The notes beneath the pieces were generated by a model, which saw only the letters and a list, made by a program, of their open reading frames with translations, was not told where the DNA came from and did no database searches. A stretch of DNA of 64,000 nucleotides from Trypanosoma brucei. Taxonomy: Eukaryota. The position numbers were made by a program, and so were the translations under genes. Location: positions 2,784,001-2,848,000 of the forward strand of contig CM000208.1 in the NCBI GenBank assembly GCA_000002445.1, written 5' to 3'. Position 1 is the stretch's first letter. Every line of letters starts with the position of its first letter. Below, one piece after another: positions 1-10,939 of this stretch.

Positions 1-1
1 C

Positions 2-2497
2 AACCCAAACCGCTATCCCGAGCGCTCTCCGGACCATGCGGAGTTGGACTTCACCGCTATGTTCGAGGGTGTTGGCGTTGGTTTGTACGGCATTAGCCCG
101 CGTTCCTACATGAAAGGGTACCTGATGTGGGTGTCTTTCAGCTTTGTCACATCGCTTATTTCAAGCGTTATTTGTATTTGCGTTCCTGGGAGTGTTGGGG
201 CAGGTATGCCAGAGGTTATGGCGTATTTAAATGGTGTTGATTACCCCATGTTGGGAAGTTTTGGCGTTTTGCTTGCGAAGATCGCCTCCGTTGTTTTTAG
301 TGTGGCAAGTGGCGTTTGTACCGGCCATTGTGGTACGTTAATGCTAACTGGAGCCATGGTGGGGGCGCAGACGCTTCAGAGACGGCGTTGGATACAGATC
401 GAACACGTAAATATTATTGAGTGCTTCAGGAATCCCCGTGATCGTCGGACAATTGTAGTAATCGGTGCCGCGGCGGGCATTGCATCTGCGTTTAATGTTT
501 CGATTGGGGGTCTCATGGTCGTGGTGGAGTTAATTTCCACTACCATACCAGTCCGCTTCGCTCTTTACGTATTTGCTGCGTCACTGGTTTCTTCGTTGTT
601 TATTCAAGTTTATTTTTCGCACTTTTTGTATTTTGCTGGGCGCGACCGTACCGGGTATTCATCAGGAGAACTAATATCGGAACTGGTTCAGGTGTTCGCG
701 TCAACTATTCCTTTTGAGCAGATTGTGAGAATGCATATATTATATTTCATTCCAACTGTTGTTATTGGTTTTATTTGTGGTGCGCTGTCCGGTGTCTATG
801 TCCGGCTGAGTTGGTTCGCGCTTGTGGTACGGCGGCACTTGGAACAACGCTTCAAAGTGAGAGCCTTCCGCGCGTTGTTACCGGTTGCCTTCACCGTTGC
901 TTATGTTAGTTTGCACTACTGGATGGTTGTTGCCTTTGGGAGTGCCGGCTGGTCACCCCCCTCGTCGGCGCTGAATCCAACCGATAACACGACAGCTGGA
1001 GGTTTAACAACGCTGCGGTGGGGAAACTCATCAGCGGTGTCTCCCCACTTTGTTGATACTCAGAGCGGGCCTTGCGTTGCCGTGCCCCAAACGTTGTCTG
1101 ATTCGCGTGACGTGTCGGTCATATCGTTCTACGGTGCTAACGGCTTCTTCTGTGCGGCACCAAACAATACAGTGATCCCCGTTACTGCAACCGTGCATGA
1201 ACAACAGGTCTGGATTGTACTGCATTCCTATGCTTCTCTTGCTTTCGCCAACGCAGACTCAGCGCTGCAGACGCTTCTCAGTCTGCGGACAGAGACAATG
1301 CTCTCTCTCCCTGTTCTAATGATATTTCTGCTGATTTACTACACGTCTTCCGCAATTTTCCTTGGAATATCGCCGTGTGGGGACACTGTGTTTCCCACAC
1401 TCGTTGTTGGTGCCACCGTTGGCCGTATTGTTGGTCTTGTGGTGTTCCTCATTGTTAGCCCCGGTAGTCGGTCCTCGTGGGCCGATCCGGGCATTTTTGC
1501 TCTTATCGGTGCGGGTAGTTTTGTGGGTGGCACAACGGGACTTGCGTTTTCCATCTGTACCATCCTGATGGAAAGCACAGGACAGTTTCAACACATGTTG
1601 CCACTCATGGTGGGTATCATGATTGCTAAGAAAACAGCGGAGATCTTCACGCATAATATCAATGCTGTTCTCTTAGAGGCGCGTTGTGTGCCTATGTTGA
1701 ATTATATGAATGTGGTGGAGAAGTATCCCATGTTCGACGCTCGCCACGTTATGTCCTCTAAAGTGGTTGTGTTGGAGACGGTAACTCCCATTGGTCGCGT
1801 GGTGGACGTGCTGGAAAACACCCGCCACAACGCTTTTCCTATTGAAAGCGTTAGGGATCAGACGTACAAGGGGGTTGTGATGCGAAGGCAGTTGGAGATC
1901 GTTTTGTGGCACTTATATTACTCGCATCACCTTTCGACTTGTTCGTATGAGTGCGGGAAGCGTGTTGAGGCATCCCTGTATCGGGATAACCTGCATGGTG
2001 TGCTTCCTCCTCTGGAAAAGTGGTTAGATGCGCAGTTGGATCTCTCTCCATATATTGACTATTCGGGGTTTTGCGTGCTCGCCACCGCTACACTCCCGCG
2101 TACGTATCAAATGTTCCTAACCCTTGGGCTTCGTCATCTGACCGTCGTGGACAGCGGAAACCGGATCGTTGGAATCATCACACGGAAAGATCTTATGGCC
2201 GATCGGATCATTGAGTCAATAATCCGAACTGACAGAAGGCGACGGAGAATCCAGGGGTCGAGAAAACATTCCACAAACACCGGGTCAAGTGATGTTGCAG
2301 ATGTTGAGGTTGCCGGTGGGGAGGAGTCGAGTGAAGTTGCGTCCGGAAGGTCAGCGAGCGGGTGGGAAGCTGCGTTGAAATATGAATTTTACCGCTCTGG
2401 TGAGTGGTGTGTGAGTGATGAGGAAGATAGGGTGTCGGAGAACAATTCCATTAGAGAAGAACCCGGCGGGACTTGGAAACCCGATGCTACTTTCTAA
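2..2497 (+). CDS. CLC-type voltage-gated chloride channel, 5'-partial (the ORF is open to the window edge)
   Basis: Reading frame is open from nt 2. The 'M' at nt 44 in the track is a TTG. CLC signatures GxGxPE (GAGMPEV) and GxFxP (GDTVFPT) are present, with many TM helices and two C-terminal CBS-like domains (VVVLETVTPIGRVVDVLENTRHNAFPI; LRHLTVVDSGNRIVGIITRKDL). Confidence 0.85.
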   Translation, partial: NPNRYPERSPDHAELDFTAMFEGVGVGLYGISPRSYMKGYLMWVSFSFVTSLISSVICICVPGSVGAGMPEVMAYLNGVDYPMLGSFGVLLAKIASVVFSVASGVCTGHCGTLMLTGAMVGAQTLQRRRWIQIEHVNIIECFRNPRDRRTIVVIGAAAGIASAFNVSIGGLMVVVELISTTIPVRFALYVFAASLVSSLFIQVYFSHFLYFAGRDRTGYSSGELISELVQVFASTIPFEQIVRMHILYFIPTVVIGFICGALSGVYVRLSWFALVVRRHLEQRFKVRAFRALLPVAFTVAYVSLHYWMVVAFGSAGWSPPSSALNPTDNTTAGGLTTLRWGNSSAVSPHFVDTQSGPCVAVPQTLSDSRDVSVISFYGANGFFCAAPNNTVIPVTATVHEQQVWIVLHSYASLAFANADSALQTLLSLRTETMLSLPVLMIFLLIYYTSSAIFLGISPCGDTVFPTLVVGATVGRIVGLVVFLIVSPGSRSSWADPGIFALIGAGSFVGGTTGLAFSICTILMESTGQFQHMLPLMVGIMIAKKTAEIFTHNINAVLLEARCVPMLNYMNVVEKYPMFDARHVMSSKVVVLETVTPIGRVVDVLENTRHNAFPIESVRDQTYKGVVMRRQLEIVLWHLYYSHHLSTCSYECGKRVEASLYRDNLHGVLPPLEKWLDAQLDLSPYIDYSGFCVLATATLPRTYQMFLTLGLRHLTVVDSGNRIVGIITRKDLMADRIIESIIRTDRRRRRIQGSRKHSTNTGSSDVADVEVAGGEESSEVASGRSASGWEAALKYEFYRSGEWCVSDEEDRVSENNSIREEPGGTWKPDATF

Positions 2498-2620
2498 GGT
2501 AAATAATACCCCTAAGCAATGTGGCGTAGTTGTCAATATACCAACGTTGTGATCCGTACCCACCCGCCATTCTCAATGCAGTTACGACCTTGTCTTTAAG
2601 GAGTCATGAATCAAACGTGC

Positions 2621-2650
2621 GTGTGATGATGATGATTATTATCATCATTC
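2621..2650. repeat. short imperfect inverted repeat (tgatgatgatgat tatt atcatcat) in the CLC 3' flank
   Basis: Read directly from the sequence. Stem is about 8 bp. Confidence 0.3.
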
Positions 2651-3540
2651 TTTTTTTTCTCTAAAGGATGGCAGAGTTACAGCTTTGTGTTCTGAGGGGG
2701 AGTTTAAGTATGGGTGGGTGTACCTCTACAAAATTGGGCACTATCATCAGTAGTATAACCTGGGAGGGGACCGCTCCCGCAGAAATGAGGTTATGGAGTA
2801 GCGTTTGCGGATGTGATTGGACCCAATTGTATCAGCTTACGAGTTTCAGGGGGAAGGGATGATGGGGGTAGCAGATGTGTGATCAGCAGGAAGCCATAAT
2901 TGGCGAGCAAATCCTACTGACACTAACTGCATTCACGCATCTAAAGAAAACAACAACAACAACAAAAGGAAAGACAATGAAAGTGTGGAAATGGAGAAGA
3001 ACGGGATTGTTGAACTGCTCTTTTGGATCATTTATTTCCTTTCCTTTCCTCTACATTGCCTCTTTGCTCTGTTTGGTTAGTCGAGCCGTCCTGGATTGCA
3101 CCCGACGGTGAAGTTGTTATGTAAAAAAAAAAGAATGGGGCTAACTATAACTCTCCCGCACTTTTTTTTTACTTCCTCTTCCCTTTTGTTGCAAAGGGGG
3201 GAAGAAGGCGAAGTATGCTTTTCTGGTCCATTTCTGTTTTTTCTTTTTTTTTTTTACTGTTTGTAAAAGTGTTCTCCATTGAGGTCGAGCATATCGTCCA
3301 AGAGGGGTAATTTTTTTTTTCCCCTTTCCCTCCTTGGCCAACATCTACTTTCCGTCACCGAAGAAAAGCAGACTAAGGAGAAGCATTTCTCCACTTGCCG
3401 CCGAGGGAAGACATCTCCATTCATTCACATCTACAAGGGCGGAAGAAGCTGAAGATCAGCTGCGGCGCTGTGATAGTGGGGAACCATAGGGGCAAGGTGC
3501 TGGAATAGAGGGAGAACGTGTGTGGTGTAGTTGAAGTTCA

Positions 3541-4995
3541 ATGCAGGCCACTTCTAAATCTACTGGATCTTCTGTTTCCATCACGGGGGAACACGAATAT
3601 GTAGTTTACACAGGTGCCACCCTTATTCCATTTTGCGTTGGGAGTGTTGCGCTTCCTTTAACATTGTGCCGTGCTTCTTCTTCAGCAGTCGCCGCATCCT
3701 CTCAAGCGCATGCATTGTCCTCTGCGTCCCGTGGTAACGCCAAGCAGAAGCGTAGCGGGAAGGGTAGTGGCCAACAAGAAACATCTCGTGACGAGGATAC
3801 TGGAGACAATGTTCATGACTACTGCGCAGGAATCAGTCGCTGCACGCACGTCCGGTATATTTACTTTCGTGATGGTTCCGTAGCGTCGCAGGACCTATCG
3901 TACCGTCATCAGTTATTCATGAAGGCAGATGGTGTGAAGCGGTCTGAAATGTTAGATGGAAAGGAGAGTAACCAGGTGTATAGTGCTTCACCACTGTACG
4001 CATTAGTCGATCGAGTTGTGTTCACTCTTCCTAACGGCTTTCCGGAGCGGCGCCGCGAAGTCACGCACCCGCCGTTTTTCATTGTGGACGACACGTGGGC
4101 GGAACATTTGGTGGAGGTGGAGGTGCACTTTCATCCATGGTTGGGCATAGCCCCTTTTACAGCGAGTCACATGGTTCTCTTAAACCAGCGTGTTGACGTC
4201 ACACCGCAGTTGCTAAGCTCAACTCAAGGCCAATGTAAACCACCGTCAACTGTCATCCTCTCACCCGACGAAGAGGAACGTTTAGCGGGTGTTGGGTCAT
4301 CTTCGCTTATTGGAACGAAGAGGTCCAGAGTACCCGAGTGTGGTGTTGTATTGCCTGAGGAAACTAGTGCAGTGCGTATGGATCTTAGTAATTCTGTTTA
4401 TTCACCTGATATGGTTATCCTTGGCGAACCCGGGTTTCGGGAAAGGCTTGTAGACCTCGTGGGGGCCCCTGTCGTAGCCGAGAGGCGTGATGCGATGCGA
4501 ATATTTCACCCGACGCTTGACGTTGTGCGATATCTTGCCGCTGTGCGAGCAATGCCTCAGCCAGAGTTAATGGCACCACCTCGAATATGTCTCTTGCCGT
4601 GGTACCAGCAGTCGGTTCAACCGCTGGCGACGCAACATACGGAGAAGAAATGCGAGAAAAGTGAGCGGTGCGACCGACACGGGACACGCAGTCGCTCCGT
4701 AATGAATGATGATAATATTTGTGATGACTCCGACCACGAAATTGACGTGGGATCCCTACCCCCCTGGTGCTTTCCATTTGAGGTGATAATTCATGCATGC
4801 GAGTCACGGCGGCAGAGTGGTGCCGTTGATGCCATGCGGGCTGTGCTTGCAGAGCTCAAGAAGGAGCAGTTGGAGTTACGTGAAAGCATTGAACAGAACA
4901 TTGCAGCCGCAACAGCAAATGCAGAAGAGCTGCGGGACGTCATCAAACACATGAGCCAGAGGTGCGCTGCTCTTCAGACGTCGTGGAAGCGCTAG
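3541..4995 (+). CDS. hypothetical protein with C-terminal coiled-coil
   Basis: ATG-initiated 484-aa ORF in the same orientation as the neighbouring genes. C-terminal heptad-like region (LAELKKEQLELRESIEQNIAAATANAEELRDV). No domain recognised. Confidence 0.55.
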   Translation: MQATSKSTGSSVSITGEHEYVVYTGATLIPFCVGSVALPLTLCRASSSAVAASSQAHALSSASRGNAKQKRSGKGSGQQETSRDEDTGDNVHDYCAGISRCTHVRYIYFRDGSVASQDLSYRHQLFMKADGVKRSEMLDGKESNQVYSASPLYALVDRVVFTLPNGFPERRREVTHPPFFIVDDTWAEHLVEVEVHFHPWLGIAPFTASHMVLLNQRVDVTPQLLSSTQGQCKPPSTVILSPDEEERLAGVGSSSLIGTKRSRVPECGVVLPEETSAVRMDLSNSVYSPDMVILGEPGFRERLVDLVGAPVVAERRDAMRIFHPTLDVVRYLAAVRAMPQPELMAPPRICLLPWYQQSVQPLATQHTEKKCEKSERCDRHGTRSRSVMNDDNICDDSDHEIDVGSLPPWCFPFEVIIHACESRRQSGAVDAMRAVLAELKKEQLELRESIEQNIAAATANAEELRDVIKHMSQRCAALQTSWKR

Positions 4996-5160
4996 GGAGT
5001 GTGTTCCTTGCGTGTGGTCATGGTTACAGGTTTAGGATGTTGAAGGGCGTTAACCAAGCGAGCGGCATTTACCGTCCCACTTCTGCTGCGTATTGGGGTG
5101 TAACTGTTGAGAAGTCAATTTTTTTGTCTTGAGGCGTACCGTTGCTGTCATCTGCCCAAC

Positions 5161-5305
5161 CCTGTTCCGGTTCCGTTACCAAGCCTGCTCCCCCCCCACA
5201 ATTTCCTGCCTAATATCTTCCCTTTTAGCTTTGTTGCGCACTCTCACATCTGATGCTCCTTTTTTTTTCATTCTTTGAATGATCTCCTTTCACTTCCTCC
5301 CCGCT
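5161..5305 (+). promoter_or_regulatory. polypyrimidine tract / probable trans-splicing acceptor region upstream of the guanylate kinase gene
   Basis: About 145 nt of C/T-rich sequence (ctcccccccc..., ctcctttttttttcattctttg...) ending about 160 nt before the ATG at 5465. This matches kinetoplastid SL-addition signals. Confidence 0.45.
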
Positions 5306-5464
5306 GTGGGTGTCGGTGCTCACGTCCGAGGTATCACTAGTAGGGGGTTATAACTGACTGGTAGCAGAAGAGCGGAGTTCTACGCACGCGCGTACACACA
5401 CAATTTTGTATTGTTTCATACCTTATTGATAACTGACGTTATACGTACTGTTCCATTGAAGTAA

Positions 5465-6085
5465 ATGAGCTCTGGAAGCACGAAGCTTGAAGCAATTGTT
5501 GTATGTGGACCATCCGGTGCGGGAAAGACTACGCTCCTTGAGCGTTTGATGGGCGCTTATCCGAATCGCTTTGGATTTTCCGTATCACACACGACGCGTG
5601 CTCCCCGTGAGGGTGAGGTGCACGGCCGTGAGTACTTCTTCTCGACTCGTGAGAGCATGCTCACAATGGAGAAAGAGGGAAAGTTCATTGAACTATGTGA
5701 TGTTCACGGAAACTTGTATGGCACCAGCATTGATGCGGTTAAGGAGGTTCAAAGTACCGGCAAGGTGTGTGTCATTGACATGGACGTGAAGGGCGCGCAG
5801 AAGCTGCGAGCGAGCGGTTACTTGAAGAATGTACTTTATTTGTTTGTCACGGTGCCATCAATCGATGTTCTGCGCGCGCGAATTCAAAAGCGGGGTGCAT
5901 TGAGTGAGGAAGTGCTTCAGCGGCGCATTGCAACCGCTGAGGTGGAGTTGCACTTTTTGGGGGAAAATCCTACCTTTTTTTCCCACGTCATCACAAATGA
6001 GGAGTTGGAGGTATCGTACAAAAAACTGTGCGAAATCGTTGGGAGCGAGTTTCTGAAATATGGTATGGAGGGGTTAAATAAGTGA
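5465..6085 (+). CDS. guanylate kinase (GMP kinase)
   Basis: P-loop GPSGAGKTTL and GMP-binding motif SHTTRAPREGEVHGREYFF. Size (206 aa) is typical of the family. Confidence 0.9.
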   Translation: MSSGSTKLEAIVVCGPSGAGKTTLLERLMGAYPNRFGFSVSHTTRAPREGEVHGREYFFSTRESMLTMEKEGKFIELCDVHGNLYGTSIDAVKEVQSTGKVCVIDMDVKGAQKLRASGYLKNVLYLFVTVPSIDVLRARIQKRGALSEEVLQRRIATAEVELHFLGENPTFFSHVITNEELEVSYKKLCEIVGSEFLKYGMEGLNK

Positions 6086-6782
6086 TCGTGTGAGTGCCTG
6101 CGTGTGCACGCATTCGATGGCAGAGTGGTGGGACATGTTTTTCTAAAATATGCAAGTGATGCGCTGAAGAACTCTAAGGACATGGGAAAAAAGAATTAAA
6201 AAAAAAAATACTCCTGTTATTATTAATTATGCTATGACATAAACAACGGCAATAATATGTCAATCTGACCCTGATCAGCTTATGGGTAATAGGAGCTGTG
6301 GGATGCGGTGTTGGGGACTAGATATCATGTGAGCCACATCGTAAGTGTGTGTTCGTGTTTAATGGATATAGAGCAAATGGAAACGTTGAACTTGGTTCAG
6401 TGCCGGTCAATGGATCTTCTGGTTAAAAGCGTTCGCACGCCCCTCCCTTGTGGTGTTGGAAAGCTTTCTTAGGGCATACGCGGGTATATATATATATATC
6501 TTCATTGACATGCACATACTGAAATATACATTCCTATGTGTATATATATATTCTTCTTTGTGTGTGCCTTCGTATACGTGTAAACTAAGTGGTGTGTGGT
6601 GGAAACATATAGGGAGGAAACCAACGGAAATGCTTGACGTTTCCTCGCCTTTGTTTTTCTTTACCTTTCCGTGCAGGTCTCGTATGACTCAAAATCTGCT
6701 TCATGTGCTTGGTACAAAACCACTACTGCCGTATTGGGTTACTCTTTGTCCACCAATCATTCAATGTACACGTGGACATATA

Positions 6783-6804
6783 ATATATATATATATATAT
6801 ATAT
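6783..6804. repeat. (AT)n microsatellite
   Basis: atatatatatatatatatatat, read directly. A second short (TA)n lies at 6485-6499. Confidence 0.9.
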
Positions 6805-7680
6805 GCTACTTCTTGTTTGGTTGCCTTGTGACTTCAAGTGGCGGGATGTATGGGGCCTTTTGGCTTATTTATTTATTGAATTTGTGTGACATGTCGACGC
6901 GGTGGGTTTCCATTTCACCTCACTTCACTCCTATTTCTGTTAGCTTTTGCTTTCGCGTTGCTCTTGCGGATGGTGAGGGGGTTCAGGCAATTTCTTCCTT
7001 TCTGTGGCTTCATTCCCCTCTACCCACCCCCGTTACTGTGGAGGTCAGGGCCCGTGGGTTAATGTTTTCATGTTGAAATTTCGGGAGTTTAATACGTAAG
7101 GCAGAAAAGGGTTTCGTTTTGGATGGATATCGCTTCTGCATAAAAGGATGGGCGCAAAGGCTGCTGTACAAATGAGGTTGCTGACGGTTGGTTCCTGCTT
7201 ATTCTGTTTATTCGATGCATTAAAGCTCGTGAGGCAGAGTGAATGAAAATGCATTTTACATCTTTTTTTTGGCATCATTTTTAGTTTCTACGGTTCTGAC
7301 TTAGCACTTCCTTTTTTCTTCTCATCTTTATTGATAATGTGTTACTTTTTTTTTTCGTGGCGGTGAAGTGCGTGAACGGGCGCTAAAGTAACCCCTAAGC
7401 TCTATCTCCACCCTAACGACACTGCAAATCCCTGGCGGCCCCACACATACACGCACTCGCACAGGACCACCATAAGAAAAGGGTGCTTCCACCGTGCACA
7501 GCAACGTTTTCTCCCTTTGCAGGCAAGAAAGAAAACATTTTACACATAAACTTTCCTCATAATTTAAATATTTTAGTTCGGGTTCGACGCTTCGCCCCCC
7601 TCCCCCCCAAATTCATCTGAGAGTCCGGGATGTGTTTGCAACTCACCGCTTCTGCCGGTCAAAGTGGCACTCTATTTTGT

Positions 7681-7740
7681 CGTCGTTTTCCTTTTTTATT
7701 CTTTTACATTCCCGCCTCCGCATACGTACAACCTCCTCAA
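7681..7740 (+). promoter_or_regulatory. polypyrimidine tract upstream of the zf-CW gene
   Basis: cgtcgttttccttttttattcttttacattcccgcctccg... The first in-frame ATG downstream is 7832. Confidence 0.4.
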
Positions 7741-7831
7741 ATGCATTCTGTTGACAATTCGAACGAGCGAAGAACTTGTCTGCAACGTGTGTGGCTGGCA
7801 ATAGTTGTGCATATTTGTTATATATATATAT

Positions 7832-10174
7832 ATGCTAACTCGAAGAGCCGCAGCCCTCTTGGGACAAGGGAGGGAGGACGGCCAAAATAGTGCATCTTCA
7901 TCACATGGTCAGCCTCAACAGCAGCGGCAAGGTTCTTCTTCCCCTTCCCTTGCTCCTTCCGCGCGCCCCTTAGGGGAGTTTAATGGGGGAACGGGGTCGG
8001 ATAGGGCACCACCACCGTATATTCCGCTACCAGAACCGCTATGGGAATTGAGAAGACGCTTTCCATCAGTTACACGCACGGTGCTCTTACAGTGTATACG
8101 CTGTCATCGCTGGGTTGCGCAGCCTGTTACCAAGTCGCCCCCACAGGAAAGCGAACCTGAGGTGACAAAAGAGGGAGAGGTGATCAGTTCATCCATAATT
8201 AAGGCGTCAAATGCAAGTGGAGAGAATGAGTCCGGTGAGGAGCGTGACGGAGAGGAAGAGTGGCGGTCACCGCGTCTACAGCTGCATTACGATAAGGTTG
8301 TCGGATACGTTAAGGGGAACGCTGGGGAGCGTTCGGGGAAGAAAAAGGAACTCTGCCCATACTTCATTCCTAACCCAGCCGTCTTTACGTGCCAATGGAC
8401 TTATTGTGAGTTAGAGGACACATGGTCCGATCTGCGGGGAAAGTGGCTTGGGGAGCTATACGCTGCAATGGGAAGTGCAAAAAATGATAATGAAGGGGGT
8501 TCCCGCAAGAATGGCGGTGTGGGTGATCAGGAGGAACGGAAACGTCTGAATCTTCAACTATCGAGGGAACTTCATGGTCGGCGGAGCGGCCGCCTAGCAG
8601 GGGGACTGCATGGGACCGCAGGCACGAGGGGTGAGTCAACCAAAGTGCAAGAGTGCGCAACGGAGTCAACGCACAGTGGTGGGATGGCTGACCGTGTGGA
8701 TAATCTTGTAAGAAGCGATGAGGCTGTTCTAGCTGCGTTTTGCTGGATTACTTGCGACAGTTGCGGGAAGCTACGGCGTGTTCATCAGCCTTTCCCCGGT
8801 GGCGCACCTTTTGTATGCTCGTTAGCGCTTAACATTGGATCCTGTAGTGTGCCGGAGATCGACGGAGTTAGCGCCATATTTGGAAGTGCGCGTGGCCACT
8901 CGGCCTTAAACAGAAAGTTGGCCTATAGAGATGGTGATGCTGCTCTGCGTGGTGCTGTGAAATCGGACGCTGCAGTTTCGCATGCTAAAGCTCGCCAAGG
9001 GACAGCTCAAAACTCTATTGGGAGTCAGGGTTGCCACCCCAACTCTTTAGAATCTTCGATTCCTCTTCTTCGCTCGCTGACGGCGGCGGTGCGAAAGAGG
9101 TCCCTAGGCGGGTTTATCAAAAATATATTAACAACGCCAGATGAAGTGCGCTCCAAGCGGGAGGAGGTCATGAAGGCCTCTCTCGATCTTGCAGGGGAGA
9201 AACCCAGTGACATCCCCAAACAGCAGTTGGAAGTGGAATCCATCGCTATGAGACCAAGCGATCCGACACTAAAGGTAGACCTTGGCGAACCACATAAGGT
9301 TAAGGTTGAGGAAGATCCCGCGGTTCAACCGAAGCAGACCGGTGAAAGGGGGAAAATTAGCGCTGCCCCACCTGGAAGCGCACGTGGAGGCGCTGAGGAT
9401 GCTAATATAGGCGGCGATGCCGCACCAAAATGTTCTAGACGGCTTGGGTGTCCACCCCGTCCAGTTATGCGGCCGTTGAGTAACAGCGCCGAGCGTCACG
9501 CAGCAACTGGAAACAGTGCGCAAGGAAACCTAACTACACAACCCGGTGCGGCTCCAGCAAGGATCAAGACAGAGGGCTCCATTGGCAGCGGTGTGATGGG
9601 CATTAACTCGAAACCCAATGCTAAATCAGGAACGGACACCGGTCGGACGGCGCGACCAGAAAGCGGACGAGAAGCGGGTATTGAGTCTAAGTCGAATTCC
9701 TCAGATGGACATTCCTCTTTTAGCACAGGAAATAGCGCGAGGTGTACCCGGCGGCAGCTGAAGCTGACCGAAATGCTTGCGCAAGTGGACAGTGGTAAAT
9801 TGCCATCTCCCTCTAGTGCAGTGACCGGTAACGTTTCCAAAAACAAAAACGACAACCGAGGCGCGGCGACCGCTAATCGTTCCCAAGCCAGTGGGCACAA
9901 AGCATCCCGCCGAACCGATAGGAACTGTTCCAAGGTTGAGGAGGCCAGTACCTCTGAGGATGAAGAAGGATATGAAGTAACCCATTGGGTCTGCTGTGAC
10001 GCATGCGACAAGTGGCGTGTCCTATCAAAAAAACTTCCCCATGGGACGAAACGGTGGGAGTGCACTATGCGTGGAGACGGAACCACGTGTGACGATACCG
10101 ATGACGAAGTCAAAATGAATCGTGAGGAAAAGCGTAAGAAGGCGCATAAGGAGCTTAAAAGGAGGAGGACATAG
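7832..10174 (+). CDS. hypothetical protein with three CW-type zinc-finger-like modules
   Basis: The track start 7805 is a TTG. The first in-frame ATG is 7832, still inside a (TA)n tract, so the true start is uncertain. CW-like motifs: LQCIRCHRWV (partial), WITCDSCGKLRRV...PFVCS (second Trp replaced by Leu), and a canonical WVCCDACDKWRVL...RWEC...TCDD near the C-terminus. The rest is low-complexity S/G/A-rich sequence. Confidence 0.6.
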   Translation: MLTRRAAALLGQGREDGQNSASSSHGQPQQQRQGSSSPSLAPSARPLGEFNGGTGSDRAPPPYIPLPEPLWELRRRFPSVTRTVLLQCIRCHRWVAQPVTKSPPQESEPEVTKEGEVISSSIIKASNASGENESGEERDGEEEWRSPRLQLHYDKVVGYVKGNAGERSGKKKELCPYFIPNPAVFTCQWTYCELEDTWSDLRGKWLGELYAAMGSAKNDNEGGSRKNGGVGDQEERKRLNLQLSRELHGRRSGRLAGGLHGTAGTRGESTKVQECATESTHSGGMADRVDNLVRSDEAVLAAFCWITCDSCGKLRRVHQPFPGGAPFVCSLALNIGSCSVPEIDGVSAIFGSARGHSALNRKLAYRDGDAALRGAVKSDAAVSHAKARQGTAQNSIGSQGCHPNSLESSIPLLRSLTAAVRKRSLGGFIKNILTTPDEVRSKREEVMKASLDLAGEKPSDIPKQQLEVESIAMRPSDPTLKVDLGEPHKVKVEEDPAVQPKQTGERGKISAAPPGSARGGAEDANIGGDAAPKCSRRLGCPPRPVMRPLSNSAERHAATGNSAQGNLTTQPGAAPARIKTEGSIGSGVMGINSKPNAKSGTDTGRTARPESGREAGIESKSNSSDGHSSFSTGNSARCTRRQLKLTEMLAQVDSGKLPSPSSAVTGNVSKNKNDNRGAATANRSQASGHKASRRTDRNCSKVEEASTSEDEEGYEVTHWVCCDACDKWRVLSKKLPHGTKRWECTMRGDGTTCDDTDDEVKMNREEKRKKAHKELKRRRT

Positions 10175-10939
10175 TTGGGATTTCCATAACTCGTAGAGTA
10201 CCCGACGCGTTTGAGTGTTGAGATGTCTTTTCGAGCTGCTCAATGCACATGAACTGGCTCTTTTTTGTGACGTTGGTTCTTTGAAACGCACGAGCAAATG
10301 GGAAGAAGGAGCGAAAAAAAAAAGAACCAACAAGTTGCTGCAGGCTTGACCGTACGAACGTGGACCCAAGGGGGGTCCCTTAATAAAGCGTTGTTTTCCT
10401 TTATCTTTTTCCCCCCTCACTGAGACATTCACCTTTGCTGCAGATTATAACGTGCCGCGCACCTTTACACTAACAGAGAGGCTGCAACACATCAGGAAGA
10501 AGATAGTGGCAGGTGGTGTCGGCCTGCTTGACCTAGCCCCGTTGTTCGTAGTGGGTAATGTATGCGTATTGGAGCGAACCGATAGCCCAGGAGGAAAATG
10601 TGTAAGAACACGCCACTGCAAGTGAACAACAACAACAACATACAATCAATCCAAATGTTGTTGCTCCCACATCTGCGGTTGTGGGAGTTAAGTATTTTGT
10701 AACCATTAACACCAGCAAGTGTGTTTAGCGGTGTTCCCCACGATGTCTCTTTCTTTTTGTATTAGTGCACGAAAACGCAAAGCGCTTCGTTTCCCATTCT
10801 TTGTCGTTTATAATCTGTCACAGAAATTGAAGAAGCGGGTTGCATTTGGTTATAGGAGCAAAATTCGGCATAGTGCAACAAAAAAGAGGAAAGTTAGACC
10901 GAAAGAGTAGTAACCATACAACGTTTAGGGCTACAACAA

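Noticed and set aside
6450-7076. 208-aa + ORF in the guanylate-kinase downstream spacer
   Set aside because: It spans (TA)n tracts (translated as IYIYI). It has aberrant composition and no splice-acceptor/ATG logic. It is likely non-coding.
7571-7595. tRNA T-loop-like string gggttcgacgc
   Set aside because: There is no acceptor stem, D-loop or anticodon-arm context around it. The match is to the pentamer only.
9496-10113. Antisense ORFs of 100-205 aa inside CDSs (9496..10113 -, 11128..11709 -, 56559..57092 -, 26985..27428 -)
   Set aside because: They are fully embedded antisense to well-supported + strand genes. They have no motif content, and all supported genes in this unit are on the + strand.
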